A program made the translations under genes and the position numbers. DNA of 62,635 bases, the filler included, from Sphacelaria rigidula (Eukaryota), in the NCBI GenBank assembly GCA_964200075.2. It is 10 parts of 10 records of this genome, joined end to end, with 100 filler letters (N's around TTAATTAATTAA, not from the genome) between each part and the next. Parts side by side here need not be neighbours in the genome. Positions count along the whole stretch, not along the records: positions 12,549 to 18,722 come from CAXNAA020021740.1; positions 18,823 to 24,996 come from CAXNAA020021741.1; positions 25,097 to 31,270 come from CAXNAA020021742.1; 7 more parts are not named here. The stretch is one strand, 5' to 3'. Every line of letters starts with the position of its first letter. The first letter of the stretch is position 1. Below the pieces are notes generated by a model. That model had not been told where the DNA came from. It ran no database searches and saw only the letters and a program-made list of their open reading frames with translations. Shown one piece after another: positions 12,599 to 25,190 of this stretch.

Positions 12599-12640
<42 letters not shown>
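12599..12640. repeat. (TA)n microsatellite
   Basis: About 21 TA units. Confidence 0.95.
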
Positions 12641-12643
<3 letters not shown>

Positions 12644-13135
12644 GGATTCGGCGGCTTACGCCGCCAAGGTACATGAGAACCGGTCATCGTTGCTCGCATT
12701 GCGTAACGGCACTGTTCATATTTTTGAGTGGAGTATTTTCCGCTGTGTGCGTATGGGGATACATGTCCCGGGAGCAGGATATGAAGAGGTTTATTGATGA
12801 TTGATAATCGTACCTACAGAAACGGGTAAATGAACCTCCACCATCGAAGAACACACACGGAGACGCGCATTCACGTTTTCCACCCCACAGCAACGAATAA
12901 GATACATCGTACACCGTCGACGAACACATACCGGGAAAAAATCGTACAATTAGCCAAATATTACTGTGCCGCCCAATCGCCCGAGGACAAAAAGACTTGT
13001 CATGGACACACACCAGTGTTCTCAACCATGAGTCCAGTACTATAGCACCGCCAAAACGCCCGTAACCGCAGTGCTATCGATATTTCAAATCCCACATAAC
13101 AATAATGAGGCAATATCCGCAAGGTGATGGACATC

Positions 13136-13348
13136 TAACAACGTTTTCGTGAGATTGAGAATGGCCTTGATCATTCGCTTAAACTTAGCCAATCTTTCAT
13201 TCCATGTGTCTCTTCTTTGCCTCCATCACTTGCGTGTGCTTACAGCTTCATGTCGATATCCTACTCGGGGACATCGAGCGCCTCAGTGGCAGACCGCTTT
13301 TTCACTCTCAATCGTATCCTCTACTCTCAATCTCACCAAATATTGTTA
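13136..13348. mobile_element. MITE (AACAACGTTTTCGTGAGA TIR family), copy 1
   Basis: ~25-bp imperfect TIRs. The interior (gtcgatatcctactc...catcgag) is homologous to 51191-51492. Confidence 0.7.
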
Positions 13349-14739
13349 TATTTAAAGTATGACAAATGGAACATGTGATGCATACAATCGACGAATAATA
13401 GGGGACCGATCTCCCTCAAAACGCGCTCAACCACGGATCCTACATCACAGACATTACCCATCGTACGAAACAGGTCCAGAAACACAATCAAAAAGGGCAT
13501 ACTTTTTAGGTCTATCAAGAGGTCGCCCTTTTTAACCCTCTTGGAACCCTCCCCTCCTGTCCCCAGGTCGAACGCCTCATTATGAAAAGCCCTTACAAAG
13601 AGGTCGGATGAGGCTTGTCCAATCATACCACGCAACGGATGAAGTGTGTCCAATTGTATCCATCGAGAATAATTAGCAAAAATACTACTTCCCCTGTCCT
13701 ACGAGATAAACCGGTTTGGAGGTTTTGCCGCATTTCTCGTTCGTAGTTTCGGCTTTTCCCGCACGTTTTTTGTTGTTGTTCTCGTGGAGTTTTGGAGCAG
13801 AATTCAAAACCGAGGCTTTTGCCGAGCCCCCAATAGACAAGCAGCTACACTCACGGCGATCAGAGTATGTCGGTCGTCCACAACCGGAATCTACCGGTTG
13901 ACAGCCTTCCCATCGATTTTTGGAGAAACATTTTTTTCATGGTTCCCGAGGCGTTTCGGAGAAGCGCATGTAACCGTCATTTTTCAGTCTAGCGCCACCA
14001 CAGCACTATTTGAGCACGCAGCAGTCCGCGCTCCCAAGGGCAGCAGCTGTCAGCAAGCATCCCGGGGACAATATCATGTTGTCCCCGAGTCTGGAGGGTC
14101 TTGCTCTCACAAATGTCCCCAACAGCTCTAAACGCACTACCCTGGGTCTGAGCACCGAAAAAAAAGGTTCCTTGTACCCCCCGTATCGCACATTGAGCCA
14201 AGGTTCTGCCGAAACCCTGGCTCTCCTTTAGAAAATCTCACAACATGAGCCCACTTTGTGATTTTTTAACGCCGGGGATAATAACATGTGATCCCCTGGG
14301 GCTGATTTTTTTTTTCACATGATGGCATCCATATGTGGAAGACATGTTGGAGGTCCGTATGTCGAAAAGAACTGTATTGGGTACATTATCACAATATTTC
14401 ACCACGGGCTTATCCAATGGGATTTTCCAAACGGGCTCATCTTGTGGGACAGAGGACATATGAAACATTCCATTGAAAAAATAGCGATGGGTTCCCGGGT
14501 TTGGTACGACACATCGGTAAATAGGAAACCTTGTTTTGTTCCACTTGTCACTCGCACGGGTCTGAAAAACACGCATTGGGCGAATATTGTTGCGTCTGAG
14601 CTGTGAACCATCAACCATATCTTGCTCAAAAACCGTCAATTGGGAATCATCAACTCTCCATGATGAGGTCCGAAAGGGTCAATTTTGAAAAGCCTTGCAC
14701 ACAAATCCGATCTATCACACGCCGTGAATTGAGAACGGC

Positions 14740-15330
14740 ATATTCTCCTGTACCGCAGCAGGTCATCGTTTCTTCTGCTAACAGCATTCCACCGCAATGG
14801 TTGCAAATTTCATCGTTTGAATTGGACAAAACAGGGCACTTCAGCTTGCGATCTTCAGGGAGGGAAACGGTGTCGTCTCCAAAAGTCACAACGCCAAGAA
14901 ATAATGCTGATTCACGAAAAGGCCCTTGCCTGCAAACTCCATGTTTTTGGGAACCCGGTCCCCGGAGGGTTGGGTTGGACAGTGAGCCCCAAATATTTGG
15001 GCTCCTACGAAAAGAGGCCAGAAACAAAAATTGAAACCCCTATCGCAACACCGCTCGCTTGTGAATGAGGTTCGGCTGTACTGTTGTTTTTCGCTGCTAG
15101 TCTTGCACTCCACGTGATGTTTGTGGTTGGGGTTCTACTGTACTCTTCCGTCCCCGCGTGCAAACTCCATGTTTCTGGGACTGCATGTTTTCCTTTACTG
15201 CAACAGGTAATCGTTTCTTCTGCCCAAAGCTTTGCACCGCAATGGTTGCAAATTTCATTGTTTGGATCGGACAGAACAGGGTACTACAGCTTGTACTCTT
15301 CAGGGAGGGAAACGGTGTTGTCTTCAAAAG
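14740..15330 (-). mobile_element. Duplicated Helitron Rep N-terminal zinc-finger-like remnants
   Basis: Two copies translate to ICNHCGGMLLAEETMTCCGTGEY and ICNHCGAKLWAEETITCCSKGKH, matching the CxxCxAxxWxxE...CCxxGK motif of Helitron RepHel N-termini. They lie within a locally duplicated unit spanning ~14740-16445. Confidence 0.6.
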
Positions 15331-15873
15331 TCACACCTCCAAGACCTGGATTTTGTTGTCGGCGTCGGTCAGCAACAAATATGCGCGTTGTCTTTTGTCT
15401 GGATTTCGTTTTACCAAGCGATGGGAGGATATGACTGCGCATTGCGGCGGATTGATCGGCGGTCACTGTGAACAGCAGACCGCGGAATAGAAGCCACCAC
15501 GGCGTCAGATAGGCGACCCGAATAATGACGTGAATTGACTTCTGAACTCAGCTGCTATGATATATTGAGGGTTGAAGGCGCGTTAATGCTGCTTTTTTTT
15601 TTGTTTTGTGTCGTGACAGTCGAAGTGATTTCAGCTGTAGTACGTTTTTTCGCTTCTACTTCCGCACTCGTCGGCAGTGCCTGAGTGATGCTACGGTAGG
15701 GGTTGCCCTTTTTTCGCGAAAATGTTTCTCGGGGTGTTGGACATGTCATTTTGAGAATCGGTATCATTCTTACTTGAAAAAGACTACAAATGATGCTGAT
15801 TCGCGAAAAGGCCCCCGCGTGCAAACTCCATGTTTTTGGGAGCCCAGTCCCCGGAGATTTGGGTGACACAGTG

Positions 15874-16211
15874 ACCGGCCGCCCCGGTGGCTCAGTTGGT
15901 AACCTCGAAACCCTCTGACGGTTGGGTGGTGGGTTCGAATCTCGGAGTATTTTGGGATCTTTTCTCATGCCCAACAGTGGAGAGCGACTATTTTGTGGGT
16001 ACACGAAATTCGACTCAACGGTCGACGAGTGAACAAGGACTGCTGAACCCCTGTCGCGATGAAAAACGAAGGCAAGCACCGCAGAAGGAAGGTGGGGTAC
16101 TAAGAAACAAACAAGAAGGGAACAAGTCCTGTGTGACCCCGGCTGATGCGCCCACACCCCCCGAAAGGGGTAGCCCGGCGTCCAGAATAGATAGGGCGAG
16201 AACACATACAA
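15874..16211 (+). mobile_element. Full-length tRNA-derived SINE
   Basis: Box A GGTGGCTCAGTTGGTA, box B GGTTCGAATC, ~340-bp body and ACACATACA tail. Flanked by ACAGTG/ACAGTA. The matching empty site is at ~14979-14990. Confidence 0.88.
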
Positions 16212-16559
16212 CAGTAAGCCCCACATATTTGGGCTCCTACGAAAAAGAGGCCAGAAACGAAAAGTGCAACCCCTACTGTAGCACCGCTCGCTTGTGAATG
16301 AGGTTCGGCTATACTGTTGTTATTGTTTTTCGCTGCTATTTTAGTCTCGCACTCCTACGCGATGTTTGTGGTTGGGATTTGTTCTACTGTACTCTTTCGT
16401 TCTTGCATGCAAACTCCATGCTTCTGGGAGTCCGGTCCCCGGACTGAAAAGATGTTCGCGGCTCATAATAGAAGACATCTCGGAAAAAAAGGTCCGCGGC
16501 TCATCATGAAAAAGTGGTATCGAAAAAAAGTTCGCGGCTCTTATCTCGGTAAAAGTAAC

Positions 16560-16835
16560 ATGATCTGGAATCTTTTCTCACATTATGCCCAACAATGGAG
16601 AGCGACTGTGTCGTTTGGGTACACGAACACTCCGACTTCACGACCGACGAGGGGAGGATACCATTGAACCTTTCTCGAGATGAAAAAAAGGCAAGCACCG
16701 CATAAGGAAGGTGGGGCGTGAAGACAAAATTAAAAGAAGAAACTCCTGTGTTGACCTTCCTCCTGTGCGACCCCGGCTGATGCACCCGCATGTACCGAAA
16801 GGTGTAGACAGGCGTGCAAAATAGATGAGGGGACG

Positions 16836-16867
<32 letters not shown>

Positions 16868-16876
16868 GCACACACT
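16560..16876 (+). mobile_element. 5'-truncated copy of the same SINE ending in (CA)n
   Basis: Homologous to 15955-16210 (atgcccaacaatggagagcgact...ggcaagcaccgca...gaccccggctgatg), followed by a CA-repeat tail. Confidence 0.85.
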
Positions 16877-17072
16877 ACGATGGTCATGCGGTCTGTCAAT
16901 CACTCCGCAGGGGTCTCGTTCGTTTGGAGTGAAAATCAGCAACGGCGGGGTCTTGAGTCTCCAGGCCGTAGAAAGAGGTAACCAGAAGCGTTGAATATAT
17001 TCTTCGGCTATTTGATTCTGTGCCGTGCGGTGGGTTGGACGGCGGCTGTGGAAGGTCGATAGTGGTCAAATG

Positions 17073-18330
17073 GGGGTACAGTTTGGACACTATGGGGGAC
17101 ATCATAAGACAAAATAGGTTATAAAATAAACGTAGGACTTGGTGGTGGGCATACCTACCCCATTGTTGGACGTAAAAGAGTACACTGCGAGGCCCTTGTT
17201 TCCGGCGGTGCTGTTCGGCCCTAAATCGCGTTTTTTTTCGGGAAAGTTGTTTTATATGCTCTGCATGGGGTGTGCGCGCCTTGCCTTTGCGTCAGGATTG
17301 ATTTTTGAGTTGTTCGGGCCTAGCACGGACAGCTCCAACTTGCGCGCTGAGCTGTACCTACTTTGGGGCTGAAAGTGGTGATATACCCACTTTGTGTTTT
17401 TGCTCTTTTAAATATGAGCAAAAGACAAAAGTGGGTACATTCCCAACTATTTCAGACTAGAGGTAAATGAAGGTAACCGCCCAAGTTAGAGCTGTCCGCG
17501 CTTGGCCCGAACCACTCAAAAATCAATCCTGACGCGAAGGCAAGGCGCCCACAGCCCACACAGACCGACCATGTGCACCAACTTTCGCGAAAGAGGACGA
17601 TTTCACGGCCGAACAGCGCCGCGAAAAATAAGGGTCTCGCAAAGTGCCCTATTTTGTCCGCTAATGGGGGTAGGTATACCCTGCAAATACTCCTAAGTTT
17701 ACACGAAGTAGTTGGTCAAATAGAGGTACACTTTGGACATAATATGAGACATCGTAAGACGAAATGAGGTACAAGATAAACTTGGTAGTATTTGCTGGGT
17801 ATGCTTACCACTTGATTGATTGATTGATGGATTGATTGTCGCACTTAGATTGACCCCCAAGGAATCCAACCGTGGTCACATGATGGACGTATCCAAGGAA
17901 AAACAACACTGAAGCACTCATTGAAGAATTGAGAGGGAACGGGAAAAGTCGAATAGAACGACATCGGTGACAGAGATGTGAGAAAAAAAAAGTTGATGAA
18001 AAATCGACAAAAGTAAGGCAAAGAAAAGAAATAGCCGATCTAAAACAAGAAAGGAAAAGAAGAGAAAAAAAAACACTGGCGGACAAAATAGGGATACTTT
18101 GCGAGGCCCCTGTTTCCCGCGGCGCTGTTCGGCGGTAGAATCGCGCTCTTTTGTCGCGAAAATTGGCGCACATGGTCTGCATGGGTTGTGAGCACCTTGT
18201 CTTCGCGTGGGGAATTATTTTTGACTGGTTTGGTCCAAGCACGGACAGGTTCAACTTGCGCGGTTACCTTTACCTAACTACGTTTGGGCTGAAATAGGTT
18301 GGCATGTGCCCACTTTTGTCTTTTGCTCTT
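17073..18330. mobile_element. Foldback MITE cluster (one two-armed copy plus one interrupted arm)
   Basis: 17147-17405 is the reverse complement of 17415-17681. A third arm runs 17723-17811 plus ~18076-18330 and is interrupted by a retroposon tail. Confidence 0.8.
17812..18075 (-). mobile_element. LINE/SINE 3' end with (AATC)n tail, inserted into a foldback arm
   Basis: The minus strand ends ...ccttgggggtcaatctaagtgcgacAATCAATCCATCAATCAATCAA. Related tails at ~22545-22620 (-) and ~27770-27865 (+). Confidence 0.7.
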
Positions 18331-18456
18331 TGTGGTTACTGCATCTTTTTTTCATTCATTTTTTCATCTCTCCTTTCCCCTCCCTCCCTGTCGTTTGCGT
18401 TTTCCTGCGATGTGCCGTGCTGGGGGCATCACCTCCTGCATCTTCAATCTCCGTAG

Positions 18457-18563
18457 ATTTACCACGATTAGAAGACGGAGGAGTGTTCACGAGCGGAGAT
18501 CAGACTCCCGGAAGGGGAGCGTTCAACGCAAGTCGTCAGGCTCCCGGAACTGGAACGGACAAT
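18457..18563 (+). CDS. Possible isolated internal exon
   Basis: Acceptor cttcaatctccgtag, donor GTAAGT, open frame (D)LPRLEDGGVFTSGDQTPGRG. No recognisable homology. Confidence 0.3.
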
Positions 18564-18822
18564 GTAAGTCATCATCCATTTCGCTATCTCTATTCTGGCC
18601 TTGTTTTGTTTCTTATTCCACCGCATCATTTTTTTTTCTTCACTACGACCGATACCGCGATAGCCTTCCCCCCCCCCCCCACGACCTTCCCCCCAGCCCG
18701 CGGAGAACGCGCAGACGACTCCNNNNNNNNNNNNNNNNNNNNNNNNNNNNNNNNNNNNNNNNNNNNTTAATTAATTAANNNNNNNNNNNNNNNNNNNNNN
18801 NNNNNNNNNNNNNNNNNNNNNN

Positions 18823-18900
18823 CGTGCTCCATCCCGGCTTTGTAGGGATGCGAGGTCGATGTTCTGATGAATATGGCATGCATGATCATGAGTACACCCC
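18823..18900 (-). repeat. High-copy GGGTGTACTCATG repeat terminus at contig edge
   Basis: Reverse complement of the 37455-37543 and 50021-50089 copies. Confidence 0.85.
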
Positions 18901-20530
18901 GAAAAACCAACCGTAAGAAACGGTCTTGGCGCGTATCTTATCGAATCATTTTTCGATCGAAAAAGTGCGGTGGAGAACGAAAACCCGATCCGGTAAGTAG
19001 TCATTCCACATTTCCACATTTCCACACAATAAATGAAATGGAGATACTCAGATGACAACCTATCAGATCGATTTTTTTCTTTTCCACGCCACGCATTCGA
19101 TCGGAAATAATTTACGAAGACAGGATTTCTTTTCGATCGATTGAAAACGTGCGGCGGAATTGATTTGGTCGAATTCGTTCGTATTGCGCGATTTGGGCCC
19201 AAGCGAGTTTGCACGCTTTCGATCGGGAAAATACAGTGGATTCGTGATGCGGTACTTGTTGTGTGGTTGTCTTCAAATCAAAATCCGCTCCGATGCCTTC
19301 ACAGCACTTCTGTTTCCGTAGTGAAAGGAGAGGGGTTCACAAAAGAAAGCGAGCATCTACTGCGGACGTCCCCCGCCGTCACAGGTTGACTACACAAAAT
19401 TATGTGTCGTGAAATCAAAATACGACATAAATACAATAGGAGCCAGAAATAAATTACCACAGACGCGATACAATTAAAATGATACAGTGTTGACCTCATA
19501 AGATCTGGTGCCGCAGGCGACCATTCGGACTACTGGGGGCGGAGCCCAATGTTCCTACTCGACGCGAAAAGCCGAACATAAATAGGTTCAAACGCAGGGA
19601 CCAAAGATCACTACCCAAAGCAATGAGAATAACATGAGTCTATTATTGCATCTCTACTAGACCGGAGCCGGGGTGTATTACCCGCCGAGTTTACTTCGGA
19701 CATCTCCTTTCCCCACCCATGTCTACACCCGGCTGGAGGTTCTATGGTACTTGCTCACCTGTAATCAGTACAGACAGTACAGACAGTACAGTACTGCCTG
19801 TACTGTCTGCATACAGTGTGCCTGGGCGTGTGTGTGGGCTGCGTACAGTAGAATGTGTAAAGGAAACGGGTAGCTTGCAGTACAAACAGCACAGGTCTGT
19901 CTACACTCTCTGCATACAGTGCGATGTGGAGAGGACTTGAACAACGCGCACTTCTGTACTGCCTGATCTGTCCATGAGCGTGCGCGCAAGTCGGTCGCTC
20001 ACCTCACCACACTGTCGCCGATCCCTAAATCATAGAATAATATATTGGAGTTTTCGCCAACAAAATGAAAACACACCACGCCAACAGGCGGATAGTGCCG
20101 GTTCCCAATTACTGTAGTGTATGTACCCTATTGTTCAACTCGTGCTCTATGCTGCAGGGTTGCGATGGTAACAGAGGGTTAATTGTGTGGGGTAGATTCT
20201 GTGAACGGGTGATATCTGGCGTGGTGGTATACGAGTGACCTGCACCCTCGTGCCTTTCCGCAGCATGTTCTGAATCGAAAAGGCAGACCTTTGGCATATT
20301 TTGCCTCTCGTCCGCGCGCGAACAATTATGAAGAATAGTTGAAGCCAGCGAACAGCATAGATGATGTGGACCTATCAGATCGACAATTCTCTTTTCCACC
20401 GCACTTTTTCGATCGAAAAAAATATGTGCAGACATGTCCCAAGGCCGTCTTATCGAGACGAAAAATGATAATGAAATAACAGAATGTAGGGCTGACGAAA
20501 ATGACAAGCAGCCCACATGTGGCAACTATA

Positions 20531-20735
20531 CAAGGGCAGATTGAGTGGAGTATACTCAGTTGCGGGGTATTTTGAAAGACGTGCTTGGGGTACTCAAATT
20601 AGGATACAGTGTTGGGAGCCGTACCAAAAAAGTATCTGGAAAGAGATTCCTGGAACCCTACCCCCAATTTGTGTACTTTGAGTACGACTTTCAAAATACC
20701 CCGCAATTGAGTATACTCTACTCGACCTACCCTTG
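20531..20735. mobile_element. 205-bp MITE with 8-bp TSD (hAT/P-like)
   Basis: ~50-bp TIRs starting CAAGGG; perfect 8-bp TSD CAACTATA at 20523-20530 and 20736-20743. Confidence 0.93.
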
Positions 20736-21829
20736 CAACTATATTTCGCTCCCTTTCCCATCCTCATCGGATTGCTCCTTGGTTTTCACGAAAAATACTT
20801 GGAAAAACATGAGGTTTTGACGACAACAAGAACGGGAATGCGAGGGGAACGTAAGGAGATCGAGGGGAACGTGAAATGGTTTGTCACACGTGGGCGGTTC
20901 GTTCTTATCATCATCACTCCCACAATCATTCTCATTTTTCTTTTGTCTAGACGGCGCGTGCCGCATATAGAAACACAGCTCAAAAACCGGATCTCTGTCC
21001 GTCCTACCGAGTGGATGGTTGCACCGCCTGCCAAAATGCACAGAACAGTGGTGTTCCAGAGTACATTACACAGCAAACGGCACAACCAGAACAATGAATA
21101 AGCAGCTACATATCGCACCCGCCACCTACAACACTACCAACAACAATATGCTGCGGCAACCTCGTGTATCATTTTATTCCGTCCACGATCTGCCAAACCG
21201 ATAGCAACTTACTACACAGTCTGCATAGATTGTATGAAATTATACTCACGGGGGACTGTGTTACATACCGTATGCATTGTGCTCTACTATTATACCCCCC
21301 ATAAGGCGAGATACTAGAGGGACAAAACGAAAAGGTAACGGAATTATGCAGCAGTTCTCAAACGCACTTCTTCTGCTGATCCAGAAGGTGATGCCTCCGC
21401 AAAGTTTTTACGAAAGACGATGCTGGCGGAAGATCATGCTGGAAAGGGGGAGGAGTTGCCCCCACCTTTTTTTTATGCCGCTGCATACGACGCCCCATTG
21501 TAATATCCCGCACGGCCAGAGGCGCAACCGTGTTGGGTAAGCATGGAAAGGTGGCGGGAACATGTAGGACTTTCGGAAGATATCTCTGTTAATCCATAAG
21601 ATAATGTATCCGCTATTTTTTTACTACAGGACAAGATTGAAAAAGGGGGGTGGTGACTCCTGTTCGGTTACCGCTGCAAATAAGGATACATTTCGATCTC
21701 CCGTAAGGCTGCGGCCGTGGTGCGTGAGGGTAAGCGTGGGAAGGTGACGGAAGCATGTGGAGCTTTCGGGGGAGCACCTTCGGTTATTATCCAGAAGATG
21801 GTGCCTCCTCAAAGTTCTGACAAAAAACG

Positions 21830-22372
21830 AAGTCTTCAGGCTGAAGAAGATATTCCTTCACGTATTTTACCTGAAAGCAACACAATATGTGCAAATTTAT
21901 GCAGAGTAAATGAAACGCGACCAGAATACCGTTTGCGTTCGAATTGTTTCAGGTACATCAATCAAGGGCACATGCAGTACCCGCGTCAAATAATTGAAAA
22001 GGTGATGTTCTTGTTTCATACGCAGAGGACTGTCGCTTCATCGTCGCTGTATCTTCATTAGACAGGAAACGGTACTATAAAAATGAACTGATGTTTCCTT
22101 GGTACCGTGGTGGGGTTTTGGTCTAATCACAGTACAGCGACGGATGCGGCGATAGCCCTCTCTTGTACACGGTCGCATGAGACAAGAACATGGTTTAGAT
22201 TTTTCTTCCTTCGCACACGGGTGCTGCATGTGCCGTCGGTTGATGATGGGCCTCAAGAATTCCGAATGAAGACGATGTACTTGTGCTTTACAAACTCTGC
22301 ATGGTTTTACAAGTATGTGTCGTTTTCAGATCAAACACACGTGAAATGTTTACCTTTCTTTGTCTGAAGACC
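21830..22372. repeat. Old degenerate foldback element
   Basis: Imperfect palindrome centred near 22100 (gcacatgcagtacccgcgt vs acacgggtgctgcatgtgc; gtcttcagg vs tctgaagac). Confidence 0.6.
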
Positions 22373-25096
22373 AGCATTTCTTGCAGAATCGCTGCTGGCG
22401 TAGTGTCTACTCCGCGCAGCTCATAGATGGGGCATCCGATCACTCTGCCGAGGAGTGAGATCTCAACAGTTATACTGCGGGTGTGAGCAGGACCGGCAGA
22501 GCGTACAAGATATGTGCCATCGGCAACGGGGGCAATGACTTAACTCATTGATTGACTGATTCTCGCGCCTTTGCTTATCCCCCAGAGATTCAGCCGTGGT
22601 CAAATGCTAGACTTGACCGAGATGATACAAAACGGAGACACTCGCTGAAGGAAAGTGAAAAAAAACAGGAAGGTAGAGCAGGCAAACGGAGTAGACTGAA
22701 AACACACACAAAACATACAAAACAAAACAAATGTAAGACGAAGACAGCAAACATTCAAACTGGAAATGACCGGCCTCTGCAACATGGCTTTGCAGGTGAA
22801 GAAGATTTTGCGCACAAGCACACGTATCCATGCTCAATCGAAAAGAAGCAAAAAGCCGTGGGAACGGATTGCGGCTCATATACTTCGGCCGCACAACTTC
22901 GGGTATGAGCGTTCTCCGACGAACCTTACTGAAGCGAGGCACCGAAGTGCAGCTTGCATACACCGGGAGGAAAACACACACACACACACACACATACACA
23001 CACACGCACACACAGGGAAAAAGAGAGAGAAGAAGAGAGAGAGAGCAGGGAAGAAGGGGGCTACAAAAGTGACGGATCCTAAGGACACAAGACAATAGAG
23101 CGGGTACAAACACATCAACCAGGAACCCTCTCAAAATCCCAATGCTTAGAAAGATATCGACGCCGTCTTTTCAAGTACCGGCGTACAACTTTCGGCAAAC
23201 ATGGTGGGAAGTCTCGTGGGGCATGCTGTGACTCGTCGTAAACAGAGCACTTCATCCATCAAATACGCCATGGTAAAAAACGGGGCAGTTTAGTATGAGT
23301 CAGATCGACTCAGTCAAAGACACAACGACAAGAAACGATCCGAGAACCAAGTAGCGAGTCTAGTCCGGATAGGGTGGAATGACTCCATCATTTCATAAAA
23401 AAAAACGTTATAAGAAAGTGGTTAAGACAAACCGGCTAAAGCCGGTGGTGCCTGTTCAGAGTGGATCGGGCACTAACGACTACCGGTGTGTAGTACTGGT
23501 TTTTAACTAAATACTAGGATATGGCGCCCCAAACGTGTCAGACTACTTCATCGCCTGGATACTAACATACATGGAAACTCTCCTTCACTGCGGGTATCGT
23601 ATCGAAAAGCGCGGACGGCTCTGTAACCGTGACAAGTTTGTCAACTGAGGATTTGTAAAAGTTGTCTGGCTATCAATCACCTCTCCATGATATACTAGTG
23701 TATTGCCTTGGTCCAGTGACTGGGTTGGACTGAGGTGGAGATGGAGTCCGTCATACATGGTGTGCACAAGGACCCACCCCTACACAGAACATGTGTTGTA
23801 ACAATGTCGCTATTCGACGTGCCACGACAAGACATGCCATGGTTTACTGCTGCGTGGGTGAAAATTGGGATGGATTATCAGCATCGTCGTGTCTCCCATC
23901 GCCCCCCTCATGCGCCAAAATCAAGTACCGCGGTAATCAACGTACGGCATATTTTTCAAGACTGTATTGCAAGCGTGCATACCATCAACCAAGCCACACA
24001 TTGCCACGTGAATATTTTCTGGAGTGAAGGTGTTTGCAAGATTAGATCACGTCTGTTTTTTTAAATCCGTCGAGGAGTGAAGCGGCCACTGACTGCAGCA
24101 CCCCCTCTGGACTTCTTTCACTCGTGCCGCACGCCTCTGCATACCTTATCCATCGCCGATTGTCCACGCATCCACTCGTCGCTGTTCGCTGTGCAGGGGC
24201 CGCCCTGCTTACCTTGAAGGGTACATTCGCGTGTTTGGTTTCGGTGCCCCGCGGTGGGGCGGCGGGAGCGTCGCGTCGGTCGTGCCCAAAGAGGGAGGAC
24301 GCGTGTATGGCTGTTTCTACACCATGACCCCACAGGAGGTATGCGCGTTTGTCGTGTGTAGGGGGGAGGTAGACACACATATCTTGGTGACTGCTAGTAA
24401 CCTAGACACCCGCGAAAAAAATTGGTATGTGTATCATGAAATTGTGACGGTGGTTTTTTCGCAATTTTTTGCGGTGGTTCTGCCTATTATTTGTGATTCT
24501 GCGGTCTCAGTTGGTGCATATCCTCTCCTGAATGCACACGGTCTACAGTTCAGGCCGCGAGGCCAATATTTGCGACAGTTGATGTTTTTCTCCATAACTG
24601 CTGTGCACATTACACCGTGTGATATAAACGTGTGACATATTGTACGCGGTACGATTTTCTGCCTGTTCCCTGTCGCGCGATCGCACATGATCACTTCAAA
24701 TGGACGCAGGTGGCCATCCTGGATCTTTATGAGAACGTTAAGGAAGGGGTCTACAGTAAGGAGGTGAGTAGAGAACGGGAGAACATTGGCCTTATCCAGT
24801 GCCACTCAGCACTCCGTGTGTGCGTGCCGTACAATATCTCAGCCCCCGTCCCGGCTTCCCGCTACATCAGTGAAAATAACCTGTGGGGGGAAGGGCGGGG
24901 AGGGGGGGGGGGGGGGGGGGGGCATTCTTTTTTTGGGCGCCGTTGTTTTTTGGCCAGGGAGGGGGCGGGGCAGGGGGGGGGGGGGGGGGGCGGCTTNNNN
25001 NNNNNNNNNNNNNNNNNNNNNNNNNNNNNNNNNNNNNNNNTTAATTAATTAANNNNNNNNNNNNNNNNNNNNNNNNNNNNNNNNNNNNNNNNNNNN

Positions 25097-25190
25097 TCAT
25101 GCACGCCATAGTCATATGACCATTGACCTCGCATCCCTACAAAGCCGGGACGGAGCACGCCGGGTTCTTGCCGGACCAGGGAGGGGGGGG
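25097..25190 (+). repeat. High-copy repeat (same family), extending further into the element
   Basis: catagtcatatgaccattgacctcgcatccctacaaagccgggacggagcacgccgggtt at the contig start. Confidence 0.85.

Noticed and set aside
15881..15950. Functional tRNA gene
   Set aside because: A and B boxes are present, but there is no proper acceptor stem, and the sequence continues into a repeated SINE body and tail.
15555..16226. 223-aa ORF as a protein-coding gene
   Set aside because: It is the antisense reading of a SINE plus local repeats.
24213..24316. Minus-strand exon ending in GTAAGC
   Set aside because: Good donor but weak acceptor, no homology and no partner exons.
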